Assembly (NCBI GenBank): GCA_964106915.2
Contig: OZ066924.1
Reading direction: 5' to 3' (one strand)
Source: Podarcis gaigeae
Lineage: Eukaryota
Length of the DNA: 64,000 bases
The notes beneath the pieces were generated by a model, which saw nothing but the letters and a program-made list of their open reading frames with translations, ran no database searches and was not told the DNA's origin. Within the stretch, counting starts at the first letter, position 1, and every line of letters begins with the position of its first letter. Position numbers and translations under genes: made by a program. Below, in pieces: positions 39,107 through 51,843 of this stretch.

Positions 39107-40640
39107 AAGCAGAGTAATTGGAATGTGAAGATCCAATAGTAATCCCATAACCAGCTCCTCCACATAATACTTCAAATTCCAAACTTACAATTTATCAGAT
39201 CTCCACAGCAAACATCACTTTAAGTCTTGCAGCTGTGTGTAACTGCTGAGTCACAAACTTCAGTTTTCACTGTTTAACTTTGCAACCGCATTTCAAAGGC
39301 TGAATGAAAACGTATTTGCAGCTTCTGTTTTTTTTATTCTGCAATGTCTTCCCAATAGGCATTTTCCCCCATCTACTATCAGAAATTCTTGCACTAAATA
39401 ACTTGAAAAAATGTGGAAAAGCCTGGAAAATAGTATGACTTGTTTGACTAGACGAGCCATTTCTTCAGCATGCTGGCTATCCCAAGATCCCTCACACTAC
39501 TACATAGTACAGTTTTAAGGCTTAATTGCCATTATATACTACTACAGTTCTATAAAACACCCGAGGGTATTCTTTTTGTAAAAACTTGAAAATAACAGAT
39601 TGCCTTGTCAACTGTTCCATCTGATCATAAAGGAAAAAGAAAATAGATTACAAGCTTGTGGTAATCTGTAGCAGGATCTGTAACAGGGAAGAACAGCAAC
39701 TAGATGTATATAACCTTCACAGAATCCATGAGGAACAAAACTAGTTTTACTTCTTCTAGTTATTTGTTCCAACATTACAGCGGAGGTGGAATCTGGGGAG
39801 TTGTTTCCTAATTATTTTAAAGGGGAGGCTACAGCCTAACTTTGGGGGTCTTAGGGAGGTAATCCAAGAAGCACTTCTGCTAGGACTTTTGGCTGTGCAA
39901 CATAATTTCCCTCCCCCTCCTTTCCTCACACACCTCCTAAATTTGCTCTGGGTCCCCTGCCCCAACTCTCTGAAACATATTTGGGGAGACAGAGCACAGG
40001 ATGCACAGGGAGAGCTGAGTGTGGGGAAATTCCATTACGTAAGTAATTTTCAATTTTATATTGATCAAAAGATTAAATATCATGCCGCTGAATAGACTAG
40101 GGCAGAGTGCCTCAGAGCTTTTGTCCTATTTTTTTTTTTGCTTGCCTCTTGCGTAATGCTGAATGATGGTCCACAAGGAGCTACAACTTGATCCCTTGTG
40201 TGGGTGCCGCACATCATCTATAGGGGCCCTATATTTGACTTAGAATCCCACTCATTTTGTTACAGAACAAGATACATTTTCCTTAAAATGTTAAAATATA
40301 AAGAACCAGTATTTTAATCGTCAAGAGGTGCTGGCAAGCACTGTTAAGATTTTTTTTTTTTAATGAAAAAGATAAAACCCACTGAAATACATATTATCTT
40401 CAGACACTGGCAGGTTGCCAGAAACAAGGAATTCCACGGGGGAGGGGGCACTTCCACTCCAAATAGTGTTTTCTAGTAAGTTTATTTTGCCTGTGATACC
40501 ATGAGGACTTTTAAGTTCCATGGTTTTCAGCTTCTTGCCTTCTGCCTTTATCCATTAACCACAGAATGAATTCCCTGTTATTTGTACTCCAAAATAAAAG
40601 CAAGCAAGTTCTACCACATTATTCTTCCCCACCCTTTTGC

Positions 40641-40642
<2 letters not shown>

Positions 40643-40690
<48 letters not shown>
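40643..40690. repeat. (CA)n microsatellite
   Basis: About 24 uninterrupted CA units. Confidence 0.98.
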
Positions 40691-40692
<2 letters not shown>

Positions 40693-40828
40693 ATTCTCTG
40701 GATTACCCATATGAACACCAACCTAAATCCCTTTCACTTTAAATATTTTCTGCCAGTGAATATAACGTAGTAAAAACAGTGCACACATGAACTTCAAGTG
40801 AATAATGTTCACTCCCAGCAACATTTCA

Positions 40829-41116
<288 letters not shown>

Positions 41117-41921
41117 TCAGATTCGCTTCTAGATTACTGTTCGAATACGTTGCAATTATCGGTGGAAAAACAATTATGTAACCCTCATACATATTGTAAA
41201 ACAGCTCTGCTGGATTACAATGTCAGTGTGTGTTGAAACAATTTGGGAATTTTCTGTTAAACAATTTGCAGACATTGTTTTTAGAAAAGTCAGTCTGAAA
41301 GGTAACAATGCAGAAATTATAAAAGCTTGTTAGCACCCTGTTAAAACCCTTCAAAACCTTTCCGTTGCAAATTAAAATATATCCTGAAGGTGACAAGAAC
41401 TGAATTTGCCCACTGGATTTCTGAATAATTCTTATTCTGTCCTTGCCTCCTACCAATCAGTCTCTGCCGTGCGTGTTTAATTCAGGAATATCTACCAAAG
41501 GCAACCCACAAAGGATGCTGCCTATTTCTTGCTGAACAGGCCTCTGATCTGAGGCTGTCTTTTTTCAGAAAACAGAATGCTTGCAATGACGTAGCAAAGA
41601 TACAGAATCTTGATTAAGCAGTTTATACTGGCTACATGCAGTTTTCCCTCAAACTGTGGCCTATTCAGGTGATCCACAGAAAGGCTGATGAACAGTTGAG
41701 ACCATCTGTTCTTGTGTCTGCATGACTGCTTCTTCTTTTTTAACAAGAGAAACTGAAATTGTTTTCATGAAGACCATATTATAAAAAGCAAGCTAACAAG
41801 GCCCTGACTTATGGTCCATGGACAACAAATTTCATAAAATGGCACTGGCATCATCTACAATCGTTTTCTGAAATGTACCAGTTAAAGGCTATTTTAAAAT
41901 ATCATCTATGTATATGGCTTT

Positions 41922-42063
41922 GAGGGCCTGTTTGGTGTAGTAGCTAGGGTGCTGGACTAGGACCTGGAAACCAGGGTTCAAATCTCCACTCAGCCAATAG
42001 GTTTACTGGGACTCCCACTCTAATCTACTTCACAGAGTTGCTGTGAGGAGAAATTGAGATGAG

Positions 42064-42095
<32 letters not shown>
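41922..42095 (+). mobile_element. Degraded tRNA-derived SINE (Squam3-like) followed by (TG)n
   Basis: A-box-like tggtgtagtagc, B-box-like gggttcaaatc, body ctacttcacagagttgctgtgagg. Confidence 0.65.
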
Positions 42096-42098
<3 letters not shown>

Positions 42099-42198
42099 AA
42101 ATATTAAGTGGTCCCTCAAGAACCTTGCTAATTTTTAGTTGGGGATATGCAATTTGCTGCTATAAGACCTAGTGATGGCTACTTTTTTGGTTAATTAC

Positions 42199-42449
42199 AG
42201 TCATACCTTGGGTTGAAGTTGCTTCAGATTAAGCATTTTCGGGTTGCACTCCACGGCAACCCGGAAGTAACAGAATGTGTTACTTCCGGGTTTCGCCACT
42301 CGCACGTGCACAGATGCTCAAAATGAAGTCGCATGCATGCGCAGAAGCAGCAAATCGCGACCCGTGCACGTGCAGACGCGGGTTGCGTTCACTTCAAGAT
42401 GTGAACAGGGCTCCGGAACGGATCCCGTTCGCATCCAGAGGTACCACTG
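42199..42449. mobile_element. Tc1/mariner (Tigger-like) MITE
   Basis: TA|CAGTCATACCT...AGGTACCACTG|TA. Confidence 0.85.
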
Positions 42450-43052
42450 TAATGGAACAATCAATGGTTACTAGTGGAGACAACACAGGCTCAGAAACAG
42501 TATGGCTCCCCAGCAATATACTACTGGTGGGGAACAACAGTGGTAGAGGGCTGTTGCCTTCACATCCTGCTTATAGGCTTCCCATAGACATCTGGTTGGC
42601 TGCTGTGGGGAACAGGATATTAGACCAGACAGTCCTTTGGTTTGGTCCAGCAGAGATGTTCTTACATTGTTTGGTTACCTTCAACCATCTTACTTGATCC
42701 TATGGGCCAGTCCTGCCAGTGGAAGGAAGGAAGCACAAGGACTTCTGCTAGAACAAGGGGGCTTTTCCTCTGTCTCTTCCCCTGTGCCTCCACCAACTGG
42801 CTCAGGGGGTGGGTGGGAGAAAACCCACAACAGTGTATAGGGGGAGGAGAGGGGAAATGGTTTGTCTGGCAAGCTGAAACACTTGCACTGACTGAATGAT
42901 TGCCCTAGTGCTTTGCTGAATTTCTCCCATTATATTTTCCCTTCAGGCACAGGGATATTATAATAATATCTGTTATGATAAAGATTCCTATTACATCCTC
43001 ATGCTGCTTTATTTCACTGTGTTGAAGAACAAGGGAATAATATTATACTTAC

Positions 43053-43146
43053 TTCTCATATACAAATTCATCATCTACGCAGAAATAATGTGTGCTTGAG
43101 CTACCACTCTTTGGTTTGTGGAAGAGAATGGCAAAATAAACACGAT
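43053..43146 (-). CDS. CDC14B: CDC14B exon 2 (DRVYFAILFHKPKSGSSSTHYFCVDDEFVYEN)
   Basis: tttcAG / GTaagt boundaries, 94 nt, phase 1-2. Confidence 0.95.
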
Positions 43147-44689
43147 CTGAAATTGAAAAAAACAGGCATGAAACTAGTAGTTGTCATGAAAGCCAATATA
43201 TCTGCATACAAATATGTTGATCCTATTTGAACTGAGTTAAAACTGCAGATATAAAAACCCCCGGATATGCTCTTGTGCCAGGCAACATAAAACATTAACA
43301 ACTGGTCATGGTGGTGAATTAAGTGACCAAAATGCTGTGTTTGGATGTAGGAAGCCCAGGCTCATACCCACTTTGACCTATGTCGCTCAATGGGCGGTTT
43401 TAGGCAAAGTTCTTCCAATCTACTTCAGAGACCAGAACACCACTTAGTTTCACTGTGAGAAGGAAATCATACATTACTAAAGCTGCCCTCATGTATGCGT
43501 TTTATTAAGGGGAACAATGTGTAGAACAGGGCTGTGTGTTTGTGCAATGCCACTGGCTCCACTCCAGCATCCACGCATTATAGGAATGGACATTTGCAAG
43601 AAAAAGCCTAGGCTTTGCCTCCCTCTGTGCCTCAATACCACTACATGCAGAGACTTTCCCTGGCAGATATCCACACCTAATAGGTGGACATTGTGATGGG
43701 TTTAGAAACCCTACTCTTAGTCTAGCAAATTCCCCTTCACATCATTTACATGTACTGTAATCAGACTTGCTTAAAATGTGTGCTTTGGGCTTTGTTTGTT
43801 TGTTTTGTTAAAGGCAAAGAAGAGGGGGAAACAAAGAAAATGTATTATTATTCACTTAAAGGTCTGTTTGTGTCAGAACACAGGTCAAACTAGTGGCTTT
43901 GATCATACCCTTAAGGCTATCTCTAAATTACTGGAGGAAGTATGAAATGCAACTGCGATGGAAGAATGAGAAGGTTTATTTTTTAAGTTCTATTTTGAAT
44001 GAAAAGCAATCATTTCACAAAAGCCTCTTGATTAACAAAAGCAGCACTCTAAAACATTTCCAAACCAAACAGATGAGCATGCCAGCCTGTAGGATCCCAG
44101 TGGATTCTTTGCCAAATTTATTTAAATCAACTAGTCTTTGTCCCACTAGGAAGCCCTAGCGATTTCCAAGGGGGACTTACTTCCGAGTAAATACCTGTAA
44201 GACTGTGGTACAACACAGTAATAAACATGCTTACTTGGAAGAGTCACAGGCCTTGAATTATATACATCCTAGCCTTAGAACAGGGAAGAAAACCCTCCTG
44301 AAGTCAAGGGAGCTTACATAGCTAGGGTTGGGCTGTATTCTCAGATTCATCCGTTTTGTTCCCTTGAGGTTTCTGTTTTATTTCCACTGCATTGGGGTGT
44401 TGCACCAGTAGATTTGCTTGCTCGCGTGTGCACAGTATTTACAAACGCAGTCTACCCAGCCATGCTGGGTACCATGCGCAGACAGACAGCTGCCGGCAGC
44501 CTGCAGTTTGTATCCTTTTGCAAAGCAGCTAATAACCACAAACCATTTGCATTTAATGCCAAAGAAAGATGCCAAATTTAAACGGCGAGGAAAGGAAAGT
44601 CCAGGGCTCCTTTTGTTATGCAACTCGCTGCGAGATTGTCACTTGTATTCCACCCCTGCCAAACTTCTCGCAAACAGGGTATAAACCCC

Positions 44690-45121
44690 AGTGGGTTTAT
44701 GAAGATGATGGATTTCTTGGAGCTAGCCGCCGCGACCAGAAGGAGGAGGAGTATCAAGAGGAATGGAAAAAGATTAAAGATTATTTAGTTAAATATGTTA
44801 AGATGACATAAATAGAATTACTTGCGAGTAACAGATTGGCCTAGGATTTAAATATGTGATGTTCTTGAATACTATGGATAAAAGTCAAAAGGAAAAGAAA
44901 GATGTTAATGGATCAAGTCAATTTTATGTGAAACTAGTTTTGGAAAACCGCTACAATGATTTATATGGAAACTCAGCCAGGGGGATTCGAGGAAGTCACC
45001 CAACAATGATAACAAAAGTGGATTTTTTACAGTTAGGATATATGTTTGTATATTTTTTTATATGTTTGTGGCTATGTTTGTTTTAAATTTGGAAAACCAA
45101 TAAAAAAAATTTGGGGGAAAA
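44690..45121 (+). mobile_element. 5'-truncated L1-like LINE 3' end
   Basis: ORF2-like tail MKMMDFLELA/RDQKEEEYQEEWKKIKDYLVKY*, AT-rich UTR, AATAAA plus A-tail; TSD ataaacccc (44681-44689 / 45122-45130). Clade assignment is from recall. Confidence 0.75.
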
Positions 45122-46090
45122 ATAAACCCCGGCGGGGCCTGATCCACCAGCTGCCGAGGAGTCGCCCTGCTGCCCGGCGTGCCGGGTTCACACGTTCGCC
45201 GGGAAATTTCTGCGAGTCTTTAAAGGGCCCAAAAGTCGAGCCAAAGAAACCCGCCCGCCGCCCGCCCTGCTCGGCTCCGTTTCCCAACCCTTGTTTTCCC
45301 TCCTCACCTTTCGCCACCTCCGCGCACAGGCGAAAGTCCTTCCCGGCGTTCATTGTTTACAGGCATGAAGCGAAGGCGGCCGAGGTTGGGGAAGCCGAGG
45401 AAGCAGAGCGCGCTGGAAATGGCTCCGGAGGCAGCCAAGGGCTCCTCCTCCCTCCGCGCTCTCTCTCTCTCCGGAAAGTTTTCCTCAGAAACACGCCGCG
45501 GAGGCTCCGCCGCCGCCCACCACTCCCGCTGCAGCGCCCGGTCCTAAGCCCGAGGGGTGGGGGACTCGCCCGGCCGCCGGGAAGCGCAGGCGACTGGAGG
45601 AGAAAAGCCACCCCCGTCGGTGAAGCGGCTCTCGAGGCCTCCCCGCCGCTGCCATTGGCTGGCGAACGGGGCAGAGCCGCTCCCGCTAGCCGGAGGCGGC
45701 AGCAGCAGCCGCCCTTCGCGTTCCGAGCGGGGCACGGCCCTTCTTCGCCCAGCCCAGCCGCCGCCAGGAGAGCTGGCCCGGCCCGCGGGGGGATACGCAG
45801 TGGCCGGGCTCGCCCACTGACTTGGCAGGCCGAGCTCCATTCCTTGGTGGGCGGCCGCCGGGTGGCTCGCCTCGCGCCTGAGGCGACGCGCAGACTTGCG
45901 CGCTGGCCAGAAACCTCTCCCCTCCACGACGGCATTTGGGGCGCCTCGCTCGCTTTCCCCATTTCCCTCGCCCTCTTCTCTCCGCGACAATATTTGAGGC
46001 AGACTCTTGCAGCTTTCAAGGGGCCTCGGACGAAGCCACAAAACTCAAAAACAGTCCCCCGCCTCTTTGCTTTCCTTGGCCCGTGCTAAA
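45120..46090 (-). promoter_or_regulatory. Second, intronic CpG island: putative alternative CDC14B promoter
   Basis: About 1 kb of GC/CpG-rich unique sequence around exon 1b; minus-strand AGCCAATGGC (NF-Y-like) at about 45651-45660. Confidence 0.75.
45308..45353 (-). CDS. CDC14B: CDC14B alternative first coding exon 1b (MNAGKDFRLCAEVAK/D)
   Basis: acaATG context; 46 nt ending AAG|GTGAGG, a strong phase-1 donor in frame with exon 2; lies in a CpG island. AEVAKD resembles a recalled human isoform N-terminus ending AEVIKD. Confidence 0.8.
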
Positions 46091-46431
46091 CCAACGCGAA
46101 TCTCAATTAAGTTAGGCAGCCATTCTGGAAACTTCTGTCTCGCTTTTGCACTGCTGGGATTTGCTGATTTGAATGCAAGCGGCTGTGGGAGTCTGTGGCA
46201 TTTTTATCGCAGCCCCGTAGCCATCTTGAGTCTCCTCAGAGAAATAGGTGGGATATGGTTTGTTCCAGACTAAAACACGAGAGCAACAGATGGCTAAGGT
46301 TTCACAAGCGGGAAGCTTGGGTGTGTTTTAACAAAATAATGGGTTTTTAAAATAATAATAACAAAGAAGAAGTAAGAGTTCTCATATCCCACCTTTACAC
46401 AATATGAGGTGCTTAAGGCGGTTCCTAAATA

Positions 46432-46674
46432 CAGTGGTACCTCGGGTTACATACGCTTCAGGTTACATACGCTTCAGGTTACAGACTCCGCTAACCCAGA
46501 AATATCGCTTCAGGTTAAGAACTTTGCTTCAGGATGAGAACAGAAATCGTGCTCCGGCGGTGCGGCGGCAGCAGGAGGCCCCATTAGCTAAAGTGGTGCT
46601 TCAGGTTAAGAACAGTTTCAGATTAAGTACGGACCTCCGGAACGAATTATAGTACTTAACCCGAGGTACTACTG
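46432..46674. mobile_element. Tigger-like MITE (CAGTGGTACCTC TIR)
   Basis: TA TSD and TIRs; inverted partner at 46831-47073. Confidence 0.92.
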
Positions 46675-46712
46675 TACCCTCAAAACATTTTAGCTGGAAG
46701 GCATTGTTGGAG

Positions 46713-47288
46713 AATAATGCAACAAAACACCACCACCAGAAACTGGCTTATAAGCATGAAACCAAATTTACTAGAATAATAGCTAAAATAGAGATAGATT
46801 TGTAACCATTCAAGCAACAAACATACTGTACAGTGGTACCTCAGGTTAAGTACTATAATTCGTTCCGGAAGTCCGTACTTAACTTGAAACTGTTCTTAAC
46901 CTGAAGCACCACTTTAGCTAATGGGGCCTCAGGCTGCTGCTGCGCCGCCGCTGCACAATTTCTGTTCTCATCCTGAAGCAAAGTTCTTAACCTGAAGCAC
47001 TATTACTGGGTTAGCAGAGTCTGTAACCTGAAGCGTATGTAATCTGAAGCGTATGTAACCCGAGGTACCACTGTACTAAGGTGCCATGTGCAAAACAAAG
47101 CCTGGAGATACTGTAAACACAGAGTGGATAAATGTACAATTTGTATCTCCAGGCTTTGTTTTGCACATGGCACCTTGGTATGTTTGTTGCTTGAATAGTT
47201 ACAAATCTATCTCTATTCTAGCTATTCTAGTAAATTTGGTTTGATACTTATAAGCCAGTTTGTGGTGGTGGTGTTTTGTTGCATTATT
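46713..47288. repeat. Inverted repeat with about 147-bp arms and a 31-nt spacer (left arm interrupted by a MITE)
   Basis: 46713-47111 minus the MITE is the reverse complement of 47143-47288. Confidence 0.92.
46831..47073. mobile_element. Tigger-like MITE in opposite orientation, inserted in a palindrome arm
   Basis: TA|CAGTGGTACCTC...GAGGTACCACTG|TA. Confidence 0.92.
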
Positions 47289-48635
47289 ATTACTGTCACC
47301 ACATTTGATACTTTGTGTATATTGTTTGAGAATACTCTTTCACATGCTCCAGCATAGCTTTGGCAAAAGTTGCAATGCATAAGTACAGTTTAGATTTACT
47401 TCTGTGGAACCATGCACAGGATTGCACAATAAAGGGGGGGGGGCGTGCAATTCCTAGTATGGTTCCTTGGAAGCCACACAAGTCTCTCTTGCAACCTCAG
47501 CCCCTTCTGTAAAATGGGGGCAAGAACCCTGATTTAATTTACAGGCGTATGGGGTGTCAGGGGAGGGGTAGTATCTTTGGGGTGATGACTCCTTCTGGGG
47601 TAGGCACTGAAGCGTTTTTTACTTCACCCCCCCCCCCAGCACACTCCATTGTCTCTAGAGACAGATGTATGCCAACAACAAAGCTACAGGTTTGCTGAAA
47701 CAGTTACAATATGGTTAACTTCTGAACATTTCATAGCACTGTATAAACACTAAGTATCACCTCTTTGGCACCTTAGCATGAGCAAAGTGGCAAAGTGCTG
47801 TGCAAACTTCAAGAGTTTTATGGTATGGCTTGCTAACGTTTCCATTTTAACGACAGCAAAAACATAGGGGGTAATTTGCTAAGCGCACCCAGACGTTTGA
47901 ACTAGTGTCCTAGTCCAATTCTCTGTCTATCAAAGCTTCCACATGTGAGCTGCTTTCCCATAAATCAGACTCCCACCTTTACATGTAGAAAGGAGGGGAA
48001 TTGGTAATGCATGTTGAGATTTACAGTGCATGGATTCCTCTGGAAAAGAAAATGGCACTCGGAGGTGTGATTCCATAGCTAGGAAATCTAATAAATGAAT
48101 TGGCTTTTTGTCAGCAACAGGGAAACTGGCTTGTGTGATGCTTTGTGTTTTATCTCAAGTGACTGTCAAGTGTTTATCTCGTGTTTTTACTATTCTGCTG
48201 GGAGCTGCCCAGGGTGGCTGGGGAAACCCAGCCAGATGGGTGGGGTATAAACAACAACAACAACAACAACATTGTTATCCTGAGAAAACATATATAAGTA
48301 TAATGCAGCAAGATGTGGCAAATTGTGACCTCAGAAGGGCACAGGGAAGCTTTCACACTATAGAACTTTACTGTGAGACTCGCCACGGATGAATGGAGTA
48401 TTGTCAGGATCTGCCCTTCCCCATAGCTCATGGTGAAGATCCTAGTTTCAATTCTCAGCATTTTCTGGTAGGGCTGGAAAATATTTCTCTCTGAAACCTG
48501 GGAAGCTGCTGGTGGCCGGCACTGATAGTACCAAGCTCAACTGATCTGTGGTCTTACTTAGAAACTTGCCTATGTTCCTAAACTTTTTATGGGGAGGGAT
48601 ATACCATTTGCAGACTAAGGGAGGAATGCATGTGA

Positions 48636-48992
48636 GATACGATACGATACGATACGATAATCTTTATTGTCATTCTCCCATACAGAACAATGAAATTGAA
48701 AAAAATCTACATCAGACATTCAAAAACCAACAAGCCTGCTATCCCAGCCTGGTTAACCCTCTAAAAACTCTGATACTCCATAATTAAATATAATATACTC
48801 GCACAGAGACTACCTTACACTGCGTTTAAAACCAAAATCACATTTGGATAGAAACTGTTTCTCAGGCAGCTAGTCCTAGTCTTTATAACCCTGTACCTTC
48901 TTCCAGAAGGCAGAAGCTGAAAGAGATCATTTCCGGGGCGTGCACTATCCTGCACTATCTCTGCGGCTTTCTTATGACACCTGGAAGCACAG
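48636..48992 (-). mobile_element. Rex1/Babar-type LINE 3' fragment with (TATCG)n tail
   Basis: Translation ...DSARPGNDLFQLLPSGRRYRVIKTRTSCLRNSFYP, characteristic of the Rex1/Babar ORF C-terminus; followed by AATAAA and a pentamer tail. Confidence 0.8.
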
Positions 48993-51707
48993 AGGTGTCT
49001 CAATTATGAAAGCACAGCCTTTTTAGAATTACATCTTTTAGTTTTCTTCACTTCTGCATGTTACACACACGTCCTCATTTTGCTGCGCATCAAAGGGAAA
49101 ATCCATGGGTAAAAAGAAAACATTGTGTGCTTATTTGTTTGTAAGCTGAGGATTTGTTTCTTCCCAAGCAAGTGGCAGAACATTATGAAAGAAGTATTAG
49201 CAGTTTTAAGACGTTAATTGCAGGGTGTGGAGATGTTGTTTTAGGGTGCTAACTTTAAAGGAATGCTCATGGCAGAACATTTTTACAATTCCTTACCACA
49301 CCTATTACTATGAAAGAAACCAAATGTAGAAATAATAATGTTTAAACCCTTCCGTAATAGATGTGTCTACAGAGGACAGTTTCAAAGGGCGAGCCAAAAA
49401 TGGACACTTTTCTTTAGGAGGGGGGTCAATGTTTTACAGTTTCTTCAGATATCAAATATTTGTTTTAGCATGCTAACTGAAAAGTACTGCAACTCGCGTT
49501 ATATATCACCATAGCATAAGCTAAAGGTTTGGCACAATCACAATCTCTTTCATCATTACAACCACTTTCTTAATGACTACTCTGAGTAACATCACTATTT
49601 CTATTTTAGTTCTCCAAGATAACTTGCCCAAGGTTTCTGTTCTCAAGTAATGTCACACCACTCAGGGATCCAGGGTCCATACTAAAAAAGTAAGTGACTT
49701 TAATGCATTTACTGAAGTGCGGATGTAAGCTACAGTGTTTGTGATAACTATCACAACATTGATAAAATGGTATATGACCCTACCTTTACCCATTAAGATA
49801 CATTCTACTTCCATAGTGCAACACATCTGAGGCCTAAGAGGAACAAATAGTTACATTCCTTATTTCACTAGTCACTCTTTCATTTTGCATCCATCCACAG
49901 CTAATTCTGAAAGTTCTTTAATTTCGTTACACATTTGGGAAGAGCTCCAGCTCATTTTGTGCCTTTGAGACTTCAGCACTTCTGCAAAGCAGTTATCAAT
50001 ATTTACAGGGTAAGTGCTGCAGTTAAGAGAGTGACTAATGGGTGTCATGAGAAAGCCTTGTAATAATCAGAACAGACACTTAAAGAGCAATATCCTTGAG
50101 TTATGGAACACTTTGTACTAAGTAAATATTCACAAATGGGAAATCCACTCTGACCCAAACCTGGGCACACTTAATTCAGCAATAAGCCCCACTCAGTACA
50201 CTGGATGTACTTCAGAGTAAAGGTGCATAGGATCAGGCTCCATGTTTTTTGGGAAGGGCAAGACTGTCAATATTAAAAGACTTCTTAGCCCTCTTCCTTC
50301 TTGGGGGAAAGAACCACCAAATATTTTGGTGCACTTGAAGTTTAGTTAGGATCTACACAGGTCATGTTCCTTTTCTTTCTGTATGTTACCTGTTCCATAC
50401 ATATATTTTCAAACCCTGGTAAAAAGCCCCACCAGCTGCAATATAACTCAGCATTCTACACAGCAACGCCCAGGTTTGGGGCAAGCTTCTACAATTTACA
50501 TCCATTTTTAAAAGGTCAGTGGAAATTTGCCCATTGATTTCAGCAAAATGGTTCTTATTTTGCAACTCGGGTGACTTGCTGTAAGTAGATTTGATCAAAT
50601 CAGGGTCTCCAGCCACCTTGTCCTCTGTGCCACCAGTTCTGGTTCCTCTGAAAACCAGGTACATTTGCCTCTGTTGATGAAAAGATGCCCTCTAGGCTGC
50701 AGCTCCAGCCTGGATAGCCTAGGTAGGATAATGATACCTGGCACATTCCTAGTCCAAGAAAGCAGATTTCAGAGGAGATATCTCTCTGCCTTTCCTGCCA
50801 GATGTGCTTGTGTACTTCAGGCAAAGCTCAGAATTGCATGCTTTGCTCATGTTGCTGTTACGGAAATACGAGTCTTTTGCAGACAAAGAATTCTTACAGG
50901 GATAGAAGGTTGGAGCTGTGATTTATTTATTTTTTGTCACAGGGCTCTCAACCATGTACGGTACTTACATAGTAAAGGTAAATTCTGATAGGCCCAGGAT
51001 GATTCCCCTCATGTGGAGGAGCTTTATAAAGGCATGCTGATATGTGTGAGGAGCCCTTTCTCGTGTGTTAAAGAAAAAGATGGTGAGAGGTGGAGCATAG
51101 CTGCTGGGTGCATAGGTTGGGGGGGGGGCTAGCCATTAGAGCCCCACGACCCCCTTACATGTCCTTTGAATGCCTGAGGAGGTCACATGAACATTCCCTT
51201 ATAAACTGAAGTTGATCTCCTTTGAACCATGTGGTGTATCCTACAGAAACCAAGTGGAGCAATAGTATCTTGCTGTGTTATCATTTCAAAAGCCCATCTT
51301 AACAGCTTACTTCAACGTATCAGGCAAGAGGCCAAGACAGAGGCAAACTCTGCAGTGAGCAAAATGCATTTGATCCAATATTAAAAGGCCTTTAAGATAG
51401 TGCTCAGAGCAGTCTGCAGTCTGTGACACCGGGTGGCTGTCTGCAGTCTTTCAGTAGGTGACACAGGTTGGTTACCAACAGGCAGGGCAAGTCAAGATGC
51501 CTCTGGTACAAATCTTGACATGGTTTACATATTTAGGAAGGCCACTCTCAGCCTCCCCCTATCAATAGTATAAGGATAATACTGGTCTTTCATACAAAGC
51601 GATGGTAGACGTGAAATAATTTGAGCAAAAGCTGCAAATCTCCCCCTTTAGAAATGCTCTGGCTGGTCCCTTTCTAGTCCCAAAACCAAAACAACAAACA
51701 CTTAGAG

Positions 51708-51843
51708 CAGGCTTCCTCAACCTCGGCCCTCCAGATGTTTTGAGACTACAATTCCCAGCATCGTTGACCACTGGTCCTGCTAGCTAGGGATCATGGGAGT
51801 TGTAGGCCAAAAACATCTGGAGGGCCAAGGCTGAGGAAGCCTG
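51708..51843. mobile_element. Palindromic hAT-type MITE
   Basis: Long inverted arms; perfect 8-bp TSD acttagag. Confidence 0.92.

Noticed and set aside
45046-46089. 347-aa + strand ORF and overlapping 165-220-aa ORFs
   Set aside because: They start in a LINE tail or GC-rich DNA, have low-complexity Arg/Pro/Ala/Gly content and no domain; stop-codon depletion in a CpG island explains them.
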